Assembly (NCBI GenBank): GCA_003280965.1
Contig: QCDI01000002.1
Span: 42,581-106,580, forward strand
Source: Prochlorococcus sp. AG-355-B18
Lineage (GTDB): Bacteria > Cyanobacteriota > Cyanobacteriia > PCC-6307 > Cyanobiaceae
Direction: 5' to 3'
DNA: 64,000 nucleotides
In this document: positions 21,708-32,886 of the stretch, one piece after another
Layout: each line of letters opens with the position of its first letter
Numbering within the stretch: position 1 is the stretch's first letter
The notes under the pieces: generated by a model
Told to the model about the DNA's origin: nothing
The model's input: the letters and a program-made list of their open reading frames with translations, nothing else
Database searches by the model: none
Position numbers and translations under genes: made by a program

Positions 21708-23249
21708 ATGAATTTAGAATCTTTTCCTTGGCTATCCTCTATTGTTTTATTGCCTATAATCGGGGCACTAATAATGCCTTTCTTAAGTTCGAAGGAAGAA
21801 GAAGATAATACACTACCAAGAAATATCTCATTGACCTTTTTATTTGTAGATTTTTTACTAATAATAGGCGTACTTTTCCAAAAATTTAATCCCTCAGATA
21901 GCTCTTTGCAACTTGTAGAGAGAGCTACATGGCTTCCTTCAATAGGATTAGAGTGGTCTCTTGGTGTAGATGGTTTATCAGCTCCATTAGTAGCTTTGAG
22001 TGGATTGATTACATTTTTATCAGCTGCAGCAAGTTGGAAAGTAAAGAAAAAATCTAATTTATATTTTGCTCTTTTATTAATTCAAGCATCAGCTCAGGGG
22101 CTAGTTTTTCTCTCACAAGATTTCCTCTTATTTTTCTTGGCTTGGGAACTTGAGTTGGTTCCGGTATATCTTCTTATTGCTATATGGGGAGGTAAAAAGA
22201 AATTATATGCAGCTACTAAATTTATTCTTTATACTGCTTTAGCTTCTTTATTAATCCTAATAAGTGGTTTAGCTCTCGCCTTGAGTGGTGATGCATTTAC
22301 TTTAAATATTACCGACTTAACAAATAAACACGTAACAGGCAGCCTAGCATTATTGTCTTATCTTGGATTCTTAATTGGTTTTGGAGTAAAACTACCTATC
22401 TTTCCACTTCATACTTGGTTACCAGATGCGCATGGAGAGGCAAATGCACCAGTTTCAATGTTACTAGCTGGAATACTTCTCAAAATGGGAGGCTACGCTC
22501 TCTTAAGATTTAACGTTCAAATATTGCCTGAAGTACATCTGCAAATTGCACCTGCATTAATTATTCTTGGAATCATTAATATAATTTATGGAGCATTAAA
22601 TGCATTCGCACAAGATAATGTTAAAAGAAGAATTGCATGTAGCTCAGTAAGTCATATGGGATTCGTTCTTTTGGGAATTGGAGCAGTTGATGCTTTAGGA
22701 ATAAGCGGAGCAATGCTTCAAATGATTAGTCACGGTCTTATCGCAGCAGCTATGTTTTTTGTCACGGGATCATTTTATGAAAGAACAAATACCCTTTCGA
22801 TTCCAAATATGGGAGGCTTAGCAAAGGTTTTACCAATAACTTTTGCTTTTTTCTTAGCGAGTTCTCTTGCTTCTCTAGCATTACCTGGTATGAGTGGTTT
22901 TATTAGCGAAATAACTGTATTTCTAGGTATCACAAGTCAAGAGGGGTTCAGCTCTCTATTTAGATCTATCACTATTCTTATTGCAGCTATTGGCCTAGTT
23001 TTAACCCCAATATATCTACTATCAATGTGTAGAAGAGTATTTTTTGGACCTAGAATTCCAGCCCTTGCTACAGTTAAAGAGATGAATGGTAGAGAATTAA
23101 CGATTGGTTTTAGTTTATTATTGCCTACTCTAGTGATAGGTTTTTGGCCTAAAATCGCCATAAATTTATATGAATCTTCAACAAATGCTCTCAGTCAGCA
23201 GCTAACTTTGGCTAAATTAGTTGGAATAATTACACCATTAGTTAGTTAA
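21708..23249 (+). CDS. ndhD: NAD(P)H-quinone oxidoreductase (NDH-1) subunit 4
   Basis: Multi-TM protein; [28 protein letters not shown] and LPGMSGF.SE motifs. Confidence 0.95.
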   Translation: MNLESFPWLSSIVLLPIIGALIMPFLSSKEEEDNTLPRNISLTFLFVDFLLIIGVLFQKFNPSDSSLQLVERATWLPSIGLEWSLGVDGLSAPLVALSGLITFLSAAASWKVKKKSNLYFALLLIQASAQGLVFLSQDFLLFFLAWELELVPVYLLIAIWGGKKKLYAATKFILYTALASLLILISGLALALSGDAFTLNITDLTNKHVTGSLALLSYLGFLIGFGVKLPIFPLHTWLPDAHGEANAPVSMLLAGILLKMGGYALLRFNVQILPEVHLQIAPALIILGIINIIYGALNAFAQDNVKRRIACSSVSHMGFVLLGIGAVDALGISGAMLQMISHGLIAAAMFFVTGSFYERTNTLSIPNMGGLAKVLPITFAFFLASSLASLALPGMSGFISEITVFLGITSQEGFSSLFRSITILIAAIGLVLTPIYLLSMCRRVFFGPRIPALATVKEMNGRELTIGFSLLLPTLVIGFWPKIAINLYESSTNALSQQLTLAKLVGIITPLVS

Positions 23250-23261
23250 TTCTTTTTATAA

Positions 23262-25349
23262 ATGAATACCTCAATTTTTAAATATGGAGAATTACCAGAA
23301 TTTAAAGAATTTACTCCAGAAAACATCAGAAAACAATTTCCATTAGTACTAGAAAAGATAGCCGAAGATTTTAAAGAAATAGAGGAAAATTTATCAAATT
23401 ATTTGACTCATAATCATTTAACTTGGGACAAAGTAATAAATCCTTTAAATGAAGTCAATGAAATTCTCAGGTGGAGTTGGGGAGTAATAAGTCACCTAAA
23501 TGCGGTGAATAATTCTGAAAGTCTTAGAGATATTTATTCAAAATTTCTTCCCGAGATTATTAGCTTGAGTAACAAATTCGGACAAAGTAAAATAATTTAT
23601 AATTCCTTAGTAAAGCTTAAAGAGAGAAATAACTTTGATCAAATCAAAAACAGAATTTTAGAAAAAGAAATTCTTGAGATGCAACATAGAGGAATTTCAC
23701 TACTAAAAAATGATCAGGAAGAATTCAATAACATTTCAGAAAAGCTTGGAAAGCTAACAACTGATTTTAGCAACAATGTCCTTGATGCCACTAATCATTG
23801 GATTTTAATATTAAATAAAAAATCCGAAGTTGATGGCCTTCCTGAACGAGTACTTGAAATGATGGCAATTTCTGCCCACAATCATTTAAAAAAAGAAGGT
23901 GAAGTTGATATTAAAAATGGTCCTTGGAAATTAAGTCTAGATATTCCAACTTATACATCATTTATGACATATGCTACCGATCGTAACCTAAGAGAAAAAC
24001 TATATAAAGCATTTGTTGGTAGGGCTTCTCAAGGAGAAAATAATAATTCTCAAATCATTGAAGAAATATTATCTCTCAGAACTAAAAAGGCTAACCTTCT
24101 CGGTTATAAAAGTTGGGCAGAATTAAGTTTGTCAACAAAAATGGCGAAGGAAATAAAGAATGTTGAAAACCTTTTAGAAGAATTGAGAGAACCAGCATTC
24201 AAAACCGCAAAAATTGAATTAGAAACGCTAGATAAGTTTTCTAAAACTAATGGGTTTCCAAAATCTCAAAATATTGAGCCATGGGATATTAGTTATTGGT
24301 CTGAACTTCTTAGAAAGGAAAAGCTCAATTTAGATCAAGAGTCATTGAGACCTTGGTTTCCCCTAAATGATGTATTGAAAGGTTTATTTAAATTAAGTGA
24401 AAAACTTTTTGAAATTAAAGTTGTCGAAGCAACCGATGAAGCACCTCTGTGGAATGATGACGTTTTATTTTTTAATATTCTAAATAAAGAAGATAACAAA
24501 ATAGCATCTTTTTACCTCGATCCATATTCTAGGCCTGAATCTAAGAGAGGAGGGGCTTGGATGGACGAATGCTTGAATAAAAATAATATTGGCAAAAAGA
24601 CCCTACCGGTAGCTTATCTCGTTTGTAATCAGACTCCACCATCAAAAGATAGACCTAGTTTGATGAGTTTTGAAGAGGTTCAGACATTATTCCATGAATT
24701 TGGCCATGGCCTTCAACACATGCTTACCACTGTAAATCTTCCTCAAGCAGCTGGCATCAATAATGTTGAATGGGATGCAGTCGAACTTCCAAGTCAATTT
24801 ATGGAAAACTGGTGTTTCCATAAAAATACTCTCTTGAATATTGCTAAGCACTATAAAACAGGAGAAAAATTGTCTGATGAAAATTTTGAAAAGCTCCTAA
24901 AGAATAGAACTTTTAATTGTGGAATGGCTACTCTTAGACAACTACATTTTGCTATTACAGACCTTAGATTACATAGTAGTATTGACAAAAACGAAGGGAA
25001 AACGGCAGATGAAATAAGAAGAGAAATTGCAAAACAAACTACAGTTATTTCTCCAATTAAGGAAGATAAATTTCTTTGTTGTTTTAGTCATATTTTTGCA
25101 GGAGGTTATTCTGCCGGATATTACTCTTACAAATGGGCTGAGGTTCTAAGTGCTGATGCTTTTTCTATGTTCGAAGAAGCTGATCTAGAAAACTCTGAAG
25201 ATTTAAAGTTAATAGGAAAAAAATTCAAAGATACAATACTTAGCTTAGGTGGAAGCTTACCTCCATTAGATATATTCAAACTATTCAGAGGAAGAGAGCC
25301 ACAAACAGATTCCTTAATAAGACACTTAGGCCTATCTGGAACTACTTAA
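23262..25349 (+). CDS. prlC: Oligopeptidase A (M3 metallopeptidase)
   Basis: KRGGAWM, FHEFGHGLQH zinc motif, VELPSQFMENW and GYSAGYYSYKWAEVL. Confidence 0.93.
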   Translation: MNTSIFKYGELPEFKEFTPENIRKQFPLVLEKIAEDFKEIEENLSNYLTHNHLTWDKVINPLNEVNEILRWSWGVISHLNAVNNSESLRDIYSKFLPEIISLSNKFGQSKIIYNSLVKLKERNNFDQIKNRILEKEILEMQHRGISLLKNDQEEFNNISEKLGKLTTDFSNNVLDATNHWILILNKKSEVDGLPERVLEMMAISAHNHLKKEGEVDIKNGPWKLSLDIPTYTSFMTYATDRNLREKLYKAFVGRASQGENNNSQIIEEILSLRTKKANLLGYKSWAELSLSTKMAKEIKNVENLLEELREPAFKTAKIELETLDKFSKTNGFPKSQNIEPWDISYWSELLRKEKLNLDQESLRPWFPLNDVLKGLFKLSEKLFEIKVVEATDEAPLWNDDVLFFNILNKEDNKIASFYLDPYSRPESKRGGAWMDECLNKNNIGKKTLPVAYLVCNQTPPSKDRPSLMSFEEVQTLFHEFGHGLQHMLTTVNLPQAAGINNVEWDAVELPSQFMENWCFHKNTLLNIAKHYKTGEKLSDENFEKLLKNRTFNCGMATLRQLHFAITDLRLHSSIDKNEGKTADEIRREIAKQTTVISPIKEDKFLCCFSHIFAGGYSAGYYSYKWAEVLSADAFSMFEEADLENSEDLKLIGKKFKDTILSLGGSLPPLDIFKLFRGREPQTDSLIRHLGLSGTT

Positions 25350-25944
25350 TAATTTCTCCAATTATCTTGTCAACCGCAGAATTATTTCTCACAAGATTTC
25401 TATGTTTATATACTTTTACTGATATTTTTTTCCCTAAATTTAAATTAGTCCACCAGCTAGGGAAAACCATAAAATCCCAATAAGTAAAGAAATTTATACA
25501 TTCGATATCATCAAGTAAAAAATCATTCTTTGCCAGCTCTCTCAAAAACTTACTTTTTATTTTCATTTCTGATATTCCCCTAAAAGGAAATTTTGGCACT
25601 AATTGAGCTATAAATGTTCCTTTGTGAGGGGAACCTATAGATATAAATCTTCTTGTTCTTTTATAACCATTAAATTTTTGAAGCCAGTATCTACCAATTA
25701 TTCCTCCCATAGAGAATCCCAAAATATCTAATTTTTTTTCTAAACCATATTTCTCTAAAATTAATTCGTTTAATATATTTGTCAAATCAATAATTGAAGT
25801 CATTCCATATGAATGCTTAAGAGTTGGGGCAAAATATTCAACTCCAATATCATCAAGTTTTGAGGAGATAGATGAAAAAATACTTGAATTATTCCAAAGA
25901 CCATGAATCAATATAATGGGATTTCTTTTTTCCAATACTTTCAA
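25342..25944 (-). CDS. Alpha/beta hydrolase (lipase class 2-like)
   Basis: IHGLW oxyanion segment, GFSMGG nucleophile elbow, SIGSPHKG, terminal His; overlaps the prlC 3' end by 8 bp. Confidence 0.8.
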   Translation of the reverse strand: MKVLEKRNPIILIHGLWNNSSIFSSISSKLDDIGVEYFAPTLKHSYGMTSIIDLTNILNELILEKYGLEKKLDILGFSMGGIIGRYWLQKFNGYKRTRRFISIGSPHKGTFIAQLVPKFPFRGISEMKIKSKFLRELAKNDFLLDDIECINFFTYWDFMVFPSWWTNLNLGKKISVKVYKHRNLVRNNSAVDKIIGEIIK

Positions 25945-26309
25945 TTATTTTCGAGAATTCTTACTATTGATACCTTCCCATCAAAACCCGTAATTGGAGG
26001 ATTGCATTTTGTCAAAATAATTTTAATTTTAGAAAGCTTAAATTCCTGATCAATGCTCTCTAATATTGAGTTTGAATATTTTTCGATTGTGAAACAACAT
26101 ATTTTCTTGGATTGATCTTTTAAAATTTGAACTAATTTTGAATAGTCAACTGTTTTTTTTATATCGTCGTTTACTGTACATTTTTCATAATCAGTCCACA
26201 AAAATATATCCAAACTAAACAATTGTCCTAATTTTCTTTCTTCATCAAGAACACCCACCCTAGCCCAGAGTTTAATATTCTCAATTTTTAAAAACGTTTC
26301 CATCTTCAA
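25941..26309 (-). CDS. folB: Dihydroneopterin aldolase
   Basis: GVLDEERKLGQ.F.LD, DDIKKTVDY and TKCNPPI motifs. Confidence 0.88.
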   Translation of the reverse strand: MKMETFLKIENIKLWARVGVLDEERKLGQLFSLDIFLWTDYEKCTVNDDIKKTVDYSKLVQILKDQSKKICCFTIEKYSNSILESIDQEFKLSKIKIILTKCNPPITGFDGKVSIVRILENN

Positions 26310-26314
26310 AATTT

Positions 26315-27625
26315 CTAAAAATCCTTATGAGTATAGGTAGCCTTACCAGCCGAAAAATCATCAACTATATTCCCATCACCTTTTAGAAAATATTTATAAG
26401 TTACCAAACCTTCGAGGCCAACTGGTCCTCTTGGTGGCAGAGATTGAGTAGATATCCCAACTTCCGCTCCAAATCCATATCTAAAACCATCGGCAAATCT
26501 TGTAGAGCAATTATGAAAAACACCTGCACTATCTACAATATTCATAAATTTATTAGCATTAATTGAATTTTCAGTAATTATTCCATCTGTGTGTTTTGAA
26601 CTAAATTTTTGAATATGAGCGATTGCCTCATTAAGATCGTCAACGATTTTTACCGATAAGATTAAATCCAAATATTCAGTTTGCCAATCTTCTAGACTGG
26701 CCTCATGCTTCAAACCTAATTCAACAGATCTTTTATCACCGATTAATTTAACATCATTTGAATTAAATAAAGGTATCGCCTTTTCAAGAAAAACTGGTGC
26801 AAAATCTTTATGAACTAATAAAGTTTCAATAGCATTACATGCAGCGGGATACTGAGTTTTACTGTCTAAAGCAACTGATAAAGCCATTTCAAGATTTGCT
26901 TCACTATCTATATACAAGTGACAAATTCCATCAGCATGACCTAGCACAGGAATTCTTGTATTCTCTTGAATGAATTTAACTAATTCATTACTTCCTCTTG
27001 GAATTATTAAATTGATATGATTCTCAAGATTTAACATCGACATACTATCTTTTCTGCTTGTAAGTAAGCATATTGCATTTTTATCAAGGCCAGATTTAGA
27101 TAATCCCTTTTGTAAGGCATTAACTATCGCAGCGTTTGTCAAATTAGCTTCACTACCGCCCTTTAGCATTACTCCATTACCTGATCTAATTGCTAAAGAA
27201 CTAATCTGCATAACAGCATCGGGTCTAGATTCAAAAATTACCCCTAAAACTCCTATGGGTACGGTTTTTCTTTCTAGGATCAGTCCTTTGGAAAGCTCTC
27301 TTTTTATTTGTACTTGATTTACAGGATCAGACAAGTCTCCAACTTTTCTTACACCTTCAATTCCTGAATTTAATTTTTCTTTTGATAACTTTAATCTAGA
27401 GAGTAAAGCCTTTGAGATGCCTTTCTTTTCTGCTATTTTATAGTCCTCACCATTAGCCTCTAATATTTCTTTAGTATGTTTTTCTAGATAATCAGCCATA
27501 AAATTTAAGGCTTTAATTCTATTTTGATTTTTAGTTTGACTTATTTTTATTGATGCCAAACGAACTTGATCAGCTTTTTCTAGAAGATCATTCCCTGGTT
27601 GAGGGACTTCGAAAATATTAGCCAT
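26315..27625 (-). CDS. proA: Gamma-glutamyl phosphate reductase
   Basis: IFESRP, LKGGSEA, IPRGS, ACNAIETLL, NCSTRFADG and GISTQ..PRGP motifs. Confidence 0.96.
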   Translation of the reverse strand: MANIFEVPQPGNDLLEKADQVRLASIKISQTKNQNRIKALNFMADYLEKHTKEILEANGEDYKIAEKKGISKALLSRLKLSKEKLNSGIEGVRKVGDLSDPVNQVQIKRELSKGLILERKTVPIGVLGVIFESRPDAVMQISSLAIRSGNGVMLKGGSEANLTNAAIVNALQKGLSKSGLDKNAICLLTSRKDSMSMLNLENHINLIIPRGSNELVKFIQENTRIPVLGHADGICHLYIDSEANLEMALSVALDSKTQYPAACNAIETLLVHKDFAPVFLEKAIPLFNSNDVKLIGDKRSVELGLKHEASLEDWQTEYLDLILSVKIVDDLNEAIAHIQKFSSKHTDGIITENSINANKFMNIVDSAGVFHNCSTRFADGFRYGFGAEVGISTQSLPPRGPVGLEGLVTYKYFLKGDGNIVDDFSAGKATYTHKDF

Positions 27626-27688
27626 AAAATTTTTTAGTTAATTCAATAATAATTCAAATTAACGATTCTTTAAACAAACTTTTTTGCA

Positions 27689-30600
27689 TTAATATCTAAA
27701 AAATAATTGAACTTGACTTTTCCAATCTCCATTGGAATCATAAGAACCTAACAATTCTAAATTTGGATTGGCCTGAAAAGTCAAAATTCCTAGAGGTGAA
27801 AGATCCTCTCTACCTGGAACGGTTTGAAAGGCAAAATTTATTGCATCAGTAATATCAAGTCCTAGTTCAGCAACCCAAGCTTGAGAAGAAAATTCCTCAT
27901 TAGAAAATGATTGCCCATCATTTTCTATATCTAAATTTTCATTAGAAAAAATATTATTTAAGGAATCATTATTTTCTATTAACGCTGGATATAAAGAGAA
28001 CTGAAATCTTTCACTGAAAGCATCTGCATTATTAATTTGAGAAATAAATGCCCTATTTATTAAATTTGCAGAGTTGCCTCCAATTAAACCAATTATTTGT
28101 GATCTGTTATAACTTGGCGTACTCCTTAATTGAATTCTTCTATTTTCATCTTCAAAAGATAATTGATCTAAAAACCCTTCGTAAGATGCTTCAATTTTGA
28201 TAAGTCTTGAATTACCAATACCAAATGATCCAAACCCACTAGAAGTAGAATTTACATCAATATCACCTGAGATGTTTGAATCCTGATTATTTTCACTTAT
28301 AGGTATTATAGAGTCTGGAACTTTACTAACCAGGGAAAAATTAATAAATGGAACGACACCACTTCTTGATGCAAACAAAATATAGTTGTCTTTATTTTTA
28401 TCAAGTTTAAATGGAGTAGTATAAAGGTTAGCTTTACCATTTTTAAGATAAATTAAACCCCTAGCATTTAAATCTTTCCCTACCTTTCCTTTTATATTAA
28501 GGTCTAATTTGGTATCTAAATAAGCTTGAACTATCTCTGAATATTGAAGTTTAAAATTTGGACCAAGTTTTAATTTTAAATTATTAAAACCCAAATTATC
28601 TAAATAATTAGGCAATGTTTCTCCTAAGAGCACCGAATTTAAAATTGTTTCATTCGAAATTATTTCAATACTTTTATTATTATTCCAATAGAGTTCTGGC
28701 CAATCGTTTTTAGCTCCCTTTTTAAGATTTTTATCTAATTTATTATTTTGATTATTACTATCAAAGTTAATAAATCCATTATTAAGAGATAAATTACCTC
28801 CCAAAACAGGCTTTTCAAATGATCCACTTAAATCTATATCTGAATCTATTAGGAAATTAGAATTGTCTGTCTTTAAAGTTAATTTATTCGTTATCAAATT
28901 AATCTCTGATTCACCAGATTCATTCTTACTGTAAAAAGGCAAAGAACCTCTTATAGATATATCTCCAGAATCCTCCGACTTTGCTTTGAGATTCTTAATT
29001 TCTAATGAATCAAAATCAAAAATTATCAAGCTATTAATATCTTTAATTATGTTTTTGTAAAAATCAATTTCGGAATCTTTAATAACTATAAAACCGTTCA
29101 ATATTGGTTTATTTAAACTTCCTTTAATTATCATCCGAAGATTCACTTCACCCTCTTTAAAGACAAAGTATTCATCAGCAAAAATATCTATTAACTCAAT
29201 AAATTTTCCATTACCAATCAATCTTAGATCTAAGTTATCTGATTTATTTATAGGTATTGAGCCTTCAATATTAATTGGAATTTGAGAGTCATTTAATAAT
29301 AGTGAAAAATCAATATCAAAAATAGAATTTTTAAATTCAATTAGTCCTTTGTTAAATACTATTTTTGTATTTTTTATTGTTGAATTATTAGAAGAAATTT
29401 TACTAGCGAAAGATCTTGTATCAAGATCATAAAATAAATTCATATCCAAACCTCCTGAAAAATCTCTTGATTTATTTAAAAAAATATTTGCAGTACTTAA
29501 TGGTAGTTTTTTAATTCTTAAAGAACCTTTACCGCTTAATAACCCTCCTTCCAAATCAACAGAAAATTCCTCTTTATTATTTTTTTCATCCTCTATAGAG
29601 TCATTAAAATACCCATTTATTTTTGCGTTTAAATTGTAGTTGCTTGGTCTATCGCCCTTAATAGTTAGCTTTGCACTATATCTACTACTAAATTTATTTA
29701 AATATTTTTGCAAGTTAAATTTGTCTTCTAGAGCATTATTATTTTCAATAAAGTTATTTATAAAATCGATCTTTTGTTTAAATGATTTATTATCTTTATT
29801 TATTTCCAAATCACTCAAAATATTCGATTTACTTATGGGAATATCTTTTTTGTTATCAAAGTTAAAAATGTCAACAGCAGTTAGGATAGTCCATCTAGTA
29901 CTTATATTGGTGAATTCTGAATTAATTAAATTATTTTTATTTGAATCATATTCGACTTCAATTATTCCTCCATCAATTGGATACAAAGAGGAGTTTATAT
30001 AAAAAGAATTATTTTTGAAGCTGAAATCAAATAATGAATTTGCTAGCTTAATATTTCTATATTTTCCTAAACTCCAAGCAAGTCGCCCATCAAGATTTGA
30101 GAGGTCTAAAGAAATTGATCCCCCACCATTAATAATTCCATTAACTCTATCGAATTGATTTTTGCTTAAAGATAATTCAAGTTCATCAAGGGTGAAATTA
30201 TTAGCTTTCCAAATATAACTATTATTATCTTTAAATAATTCTATGCTTCCTTTATTAGAATTATAAATTCTACTAAAAGATACATTATCTAATTTTAGAT
30301 TAGAATCAAACTTTATAGATAGAAAAGAAGGAATTGGAGAGTATCTATTTTTCATATTTAAAAGAAACTTATCATTTTTATTGTTAATTTCTCCCTCCCA
30401 TATTTCTCTGATCCGAATCCCTTTGAAGTGAGGATAATCAACATTAAAATTTATTGAAATATCAGGATCAGTAATTTTTCCTTTTAATTCGCCTTTAGCA
30501 GTAACAAAACCCCTGATATCATTTTTTCGGAAAATATTTAAATTAGATAATTGAGTTCTATTTATTTTGAAACTAGAATCGATATCACCAAAATTAATAC

Positions 30601-31645
30601 CTCTCCTATCAAACCAGTAGGGAACATTCCCCAATAGTTCAATATCTGGATTTAGACTATTAACATATCCAACACTTCCTTTTAGATCAATTTTATTAGA
30701 ACTTTTATTTAATGGTATGTTTAGATTAAAATTTGAATTCAAAGTTCCATAATTTAAGTTTTCGGAATTTCCTACTAAATTATTATCTTTACAAAAAAAC
30801 CTAGTAGAATCTGAATTTATATTCTCTGAGAAATCTTTTGGTTTTATTTTTAAATTAGTAAAAGAAAATCTTCCTTGGCAAAATGTTTGTGTTGATGATT
30901 TATTAAATTTAAAGTTAGATTTAAAATTACCCTTTTTAATGCTAATTTTTCTATTCCCAATATTATAAATAGAGCCATCAAGATCTAATCCTCTAGAAAA
31001 CAACTCCAGCTTTAAAAAGTCTTCATTTAATTTTGTATTAAATTTAAATTTTAGAAGACCCTTACCATCAAAATTTGATTTTATATTTGCAATAATTTCT
31101 CTATTACTTGGCTTATAAATAACGTTACCTTTTAGCTTTGTTTCTAGTCCTGATTTTTTAAGATTAAAAATTGAATAATTATTAAAGTTAAAATTCAATT
31201 CATATTTTATTTTTGATTTATTTTTACTTATGGATTTTTCATAATGTTTTTCCCTTTTAAAAAAATCTCTCTCAATATTAATTTCAGATTGATGAGGCCT
31301 TATTTTTACTATCCATTTTTGTTTTAAAAAAGATCTAAAAGGCATAATGCCCACATATACATTTTTAGCTTTAATTTCAGAATCTATATCTTTTTTATCA
31401 TTAATTTTTGAATTACCCAAAGAAATACCTAGAAATCTAATCCCGACATAATCTCCTAAATCGACATTTTTATCTAAAAGATTCTCAATTCTTTTTTCTA
31501 GTTCTAATTTTCTAGAACTATAAGTTTCTTTTAAAAAATTATTTAATAAAAAAGTGCATAAAGAACCTAAGGAGAAAAGCGCCCCTACTAAAAGAATCTT
31601 AGTATTTAAATTTAGAGATTTAATTTTTTTCAAGTAAGAGCCCAA
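27689..31645 (-). CDS. TamB/DUF490-like translocation and assembly module protein
   Basis: 1318 aa; single N-terminal TM anchor, long beta-rich Asn/Lys/Ser body, C-terminal STPSYNRSQIIGLIG and terminal QLFFRY strand. Confidence 0.75.
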   Translation of the reverse strand: MGSYLKKIKSLNLNTKILLVGALFSLGSLCTFLLNNFLKETYSSRKLELEKRIENLLDKNVDLGDYVGIRFLGISLGNSKINDKKDIDSEIKAKNVYVGIMPFRSFLKQKWIVKIRPHQSEINIERDFFKREKHYEKSISKNKSKIKYELNFNFNNYSIFNLKKSGLETKLKGNVIYKPSNREIIANIKSNFDGKGLLKFKFNTKLNEDFLKLELFSRGLDLDGSIYNIGNRKISIKKGNFKSNFKFNKSSTQTFCQGRFSFTNLKIKPKDFSENINSDSTRFFCKDNNLVGNSENLNYGTLNSNFNLNIPLNKSSNKIDLKGSVGYVNSLNPDIELLGNVPYWFDRRGINFGDIDSSFKINRTQLSNLNIFRKNDIRGFVTAKGELKGKITDPDISINFNVDYPHFKGIRIREIWEGEINNKNDKFLLNMKNRYSPIPSFLSIKFDSNLKLDNVSFSRIYNSNKGSIELFKDNNSYIWKANNFTLDELELSLSKNQFDRVNGIINGGGSISLDLSNLDGRLAWSLGKYRNIKLANSLFDFSFKNNSFYINSSLYPIDGGIIEVEYDSNKNNLINSEFTNISTRWTILTAVDIFNFDNKKDIPISKSNILSDLEINKDNKSFKQKIDFINNFIENNNALEDKFNLQKYLNKFSSRYSAKLTIKGDRPSNYNLNAKINGYFNDSIEDEKNNKEEFSVDLEGGLLSGKGSLRIKKLPLSTANIFLNKSRDFSGGLDMNLFYDLDTRSFASKISSNNSTIKNTKIVFNKGLIEFKNSIFDIDFSLLLNDSQIPINIEGSIPINKSDNLDLRLIGNGKFIELIDIFADEYFVFKEGEVNLRMIIKGSLNKPILNGFIVIKDSEIDFYKNIIKDINSLIIFDFDSLEIKNLKAKSEDSGDISIRGSLPFYSKNESGESEINLITNKLTLKTDNSNFLIDSDIDLSGSFEKPVLGGNLSLNNGFINFDSNNQNNKLDKNLKKGAKNDWPELYWNNNKSIEIISNETILNSVLLGETLPNYLDNLGFNNLKLKLGPNFKLQYSEIVQAYLDTKLDLNIKGKVGKDLNARGLIYLKNGKANLYTTPFKLDKNKDNYILFASRSGVVPFINFSLVSKVPDSIIPISENNQDSNISGDIDVNSTSSGFGSFGIGNSRLIKIEASYEGFLDQLSFEDENRRIQLRSTPSYNRSQIIGLIGGNSANLINRAFISQINNADAFSERFQFSLYPALIENNDSLNNIFSNENLDIENDGQSFSNEEFSSQAWVAELGLDITDAINFAFQTVPGREDLSPLGILTFQANPNLELLGSYDSNGDWKSQVQLFFRY

Positions 31646-31697
31646 AAATAGAGTAGGCTTACAAAATATAAGAAATTAATCAGGTCAAAGCCACTAA

Positions 31698-32141
31698 ATG
31701 TCTTTTTTTGAACTATTAGAGAATACACCAAAAATTTTTGGATTATTTGGAATATTTCTTTTTATTTGCACAATAGCAGCTTTTATATTTAATTTTGGTT
31801 TTAAATTTCGAATAATTGGAGCAACTATCTTTTCATTATTACTTTCTTTAAGTAGTTGGGCTTTTATACAAAGTTACTCCCAGAAGGTTGTAATAGAAGG
31901 TGCAAAATATGTTCCAATTGTTTATGACAACGGGTTCGATTTGATTATTGCTAAAGTAGATAGTAACTTTCCAGAAGAATCTCTTGAACCAACTTTAGAA
32001 CAATTATCGGAAAACATACTAAAAGGTAGCCGGTCAGGTGCGAACATAAGAATTAAGATAAGAAAACTTGAAAAAATTTCAGATGGTGTAAGTAAACCAG
32101 TTGTTATAGGAGAAGTTCAGAAAAATGTCAAAATGAATTAG
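31698..32141 (+). CDS. ycf51: Ycf51 family protein
   Basis: Two TM helices, FRIIGAT and VYDNG motifs. Confidence 0.8.
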   Translation: MSFFELLENTPKIFGLFGIFLFICTIAAFIFNFGFKFRIIGATIFSLLLSLSSWAFIQSYSQKVVIEGAKYVPIVYDNGFDLIIAKVDSNFPEESLEPTLEQLSENILKGSRSGANIRIKIRKLEKISDGVSKPVVIGEVQKNVKMN

Positions 32142-32152
32142 TCTGTTAAAAC

Positions 32153-32572
32153 ATGGAAAGTAAAACCTTTTTAGATTTTTTGCCAACTAATTTCAGACAT
32201 GAGAAGTCTTTTTTTATTCAAAATAATCTAACTGACTTTGAAAAATTAAGTAATCTTTCGGATTTAGATATTAATGAGATTCAAAGAAAATCTTCACTAT
32301 GTACATTGAACAATCTAAAGAAAATTAGAGCTATTGCTATTTTTAAAAAAGAAATTGGAATTTCTCCACCGCAAGCATATCTACTTTTACATTGCGGTAT
32401 ATCTTCTCTTAAATCATTATCGATATCTACCCCTTACGAATTAGAACGGAAAATTGGAAGATTAGAAAGAATTCTTAGAGTAAAAACTAAGACAGATACA
32501 ACTTTTACTCTCTTAAAAGAATGGATTAAAAAAGCTAGTCAGATCGACAAATCTATTAGGAATCTTGGATAA
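32153..32572 (+). CDS. DUF4332-family protein
   Basis: LPTNFRHEK, LLLHCGI and terminal WI..A pattern recalled for DUF4332. Confidence 0.7.
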   Translation: MESKTFLDFLPTNFRHEKSFFIQNNLTDFEKLSNLSDLDINEIQRKSSLCTLNNLKKIRAIAIFKKEIGISPPQAYLLLHCGISSLKSLSISTPYELERKIGRLERILRVKTKTDTTFTLLKEWIKKASQIDKSIRNLG

Positions 32573-32606
32573 AAAAATTTTTTAATGTAGAATTTAGAAA
32601 AAGTTA

Positions 32607-32879
32607 GTGATAATGAAACCTTTATTATTTTTTTTATTTTTGTTTTTCAACTCTTTATACCCTGTTTTAAGTCAATCTAACTTATTGGAAACTGTAAAAA
32701 AGAATCCAAACGAAGCTAGGAATTTATGTAGTAAGTTTAGAGAATTTAATTCAAAAGGTATTTCTGCTAGTTCAGATAAAGCTATAGAGTACGTATCAAA
32801 CAAAAAAAAGTTAACTCCCGTTAACGCAGAGATCTTTTCTATTTACGTTATTGGGCTGCACTGTCCAGATATTATCTAA
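32607..32879 (+). CDS. Small conserved hypothetical protein with signal peptide and two cysteines
   Basis: GTG at 32607 or ATG at 32613; hydrophobic leader MKPLLFFLFLFF; LCSKF and LHCPD. Confidence 0.65.
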   Translation: MIMKPLLFFLFLFFNSLYPVLSQSNLLETVKKNPNEARNLCSKFREFNSKGISASSDKAIEYVSNKKKLTPVNAEIFSIYVIGLHCPDII

Positions 32880-32886
32880 AGTCTAA

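Noticed and set aside
29640-30002. 120-aa plus-strand ORF
   Set aside because: Antisense to the TamB-like gene; expected because AT-rich coding strands give stop-poor reverse frames.
27689-31645. Horizontal origin of the very AT-rich TamB-like gene
   Set aside because: Low GC is explained by Asn/Lys/Ile/Phe-rich drift in a weakly constrained protein; there are no mobility signals and the flanks are core genes.
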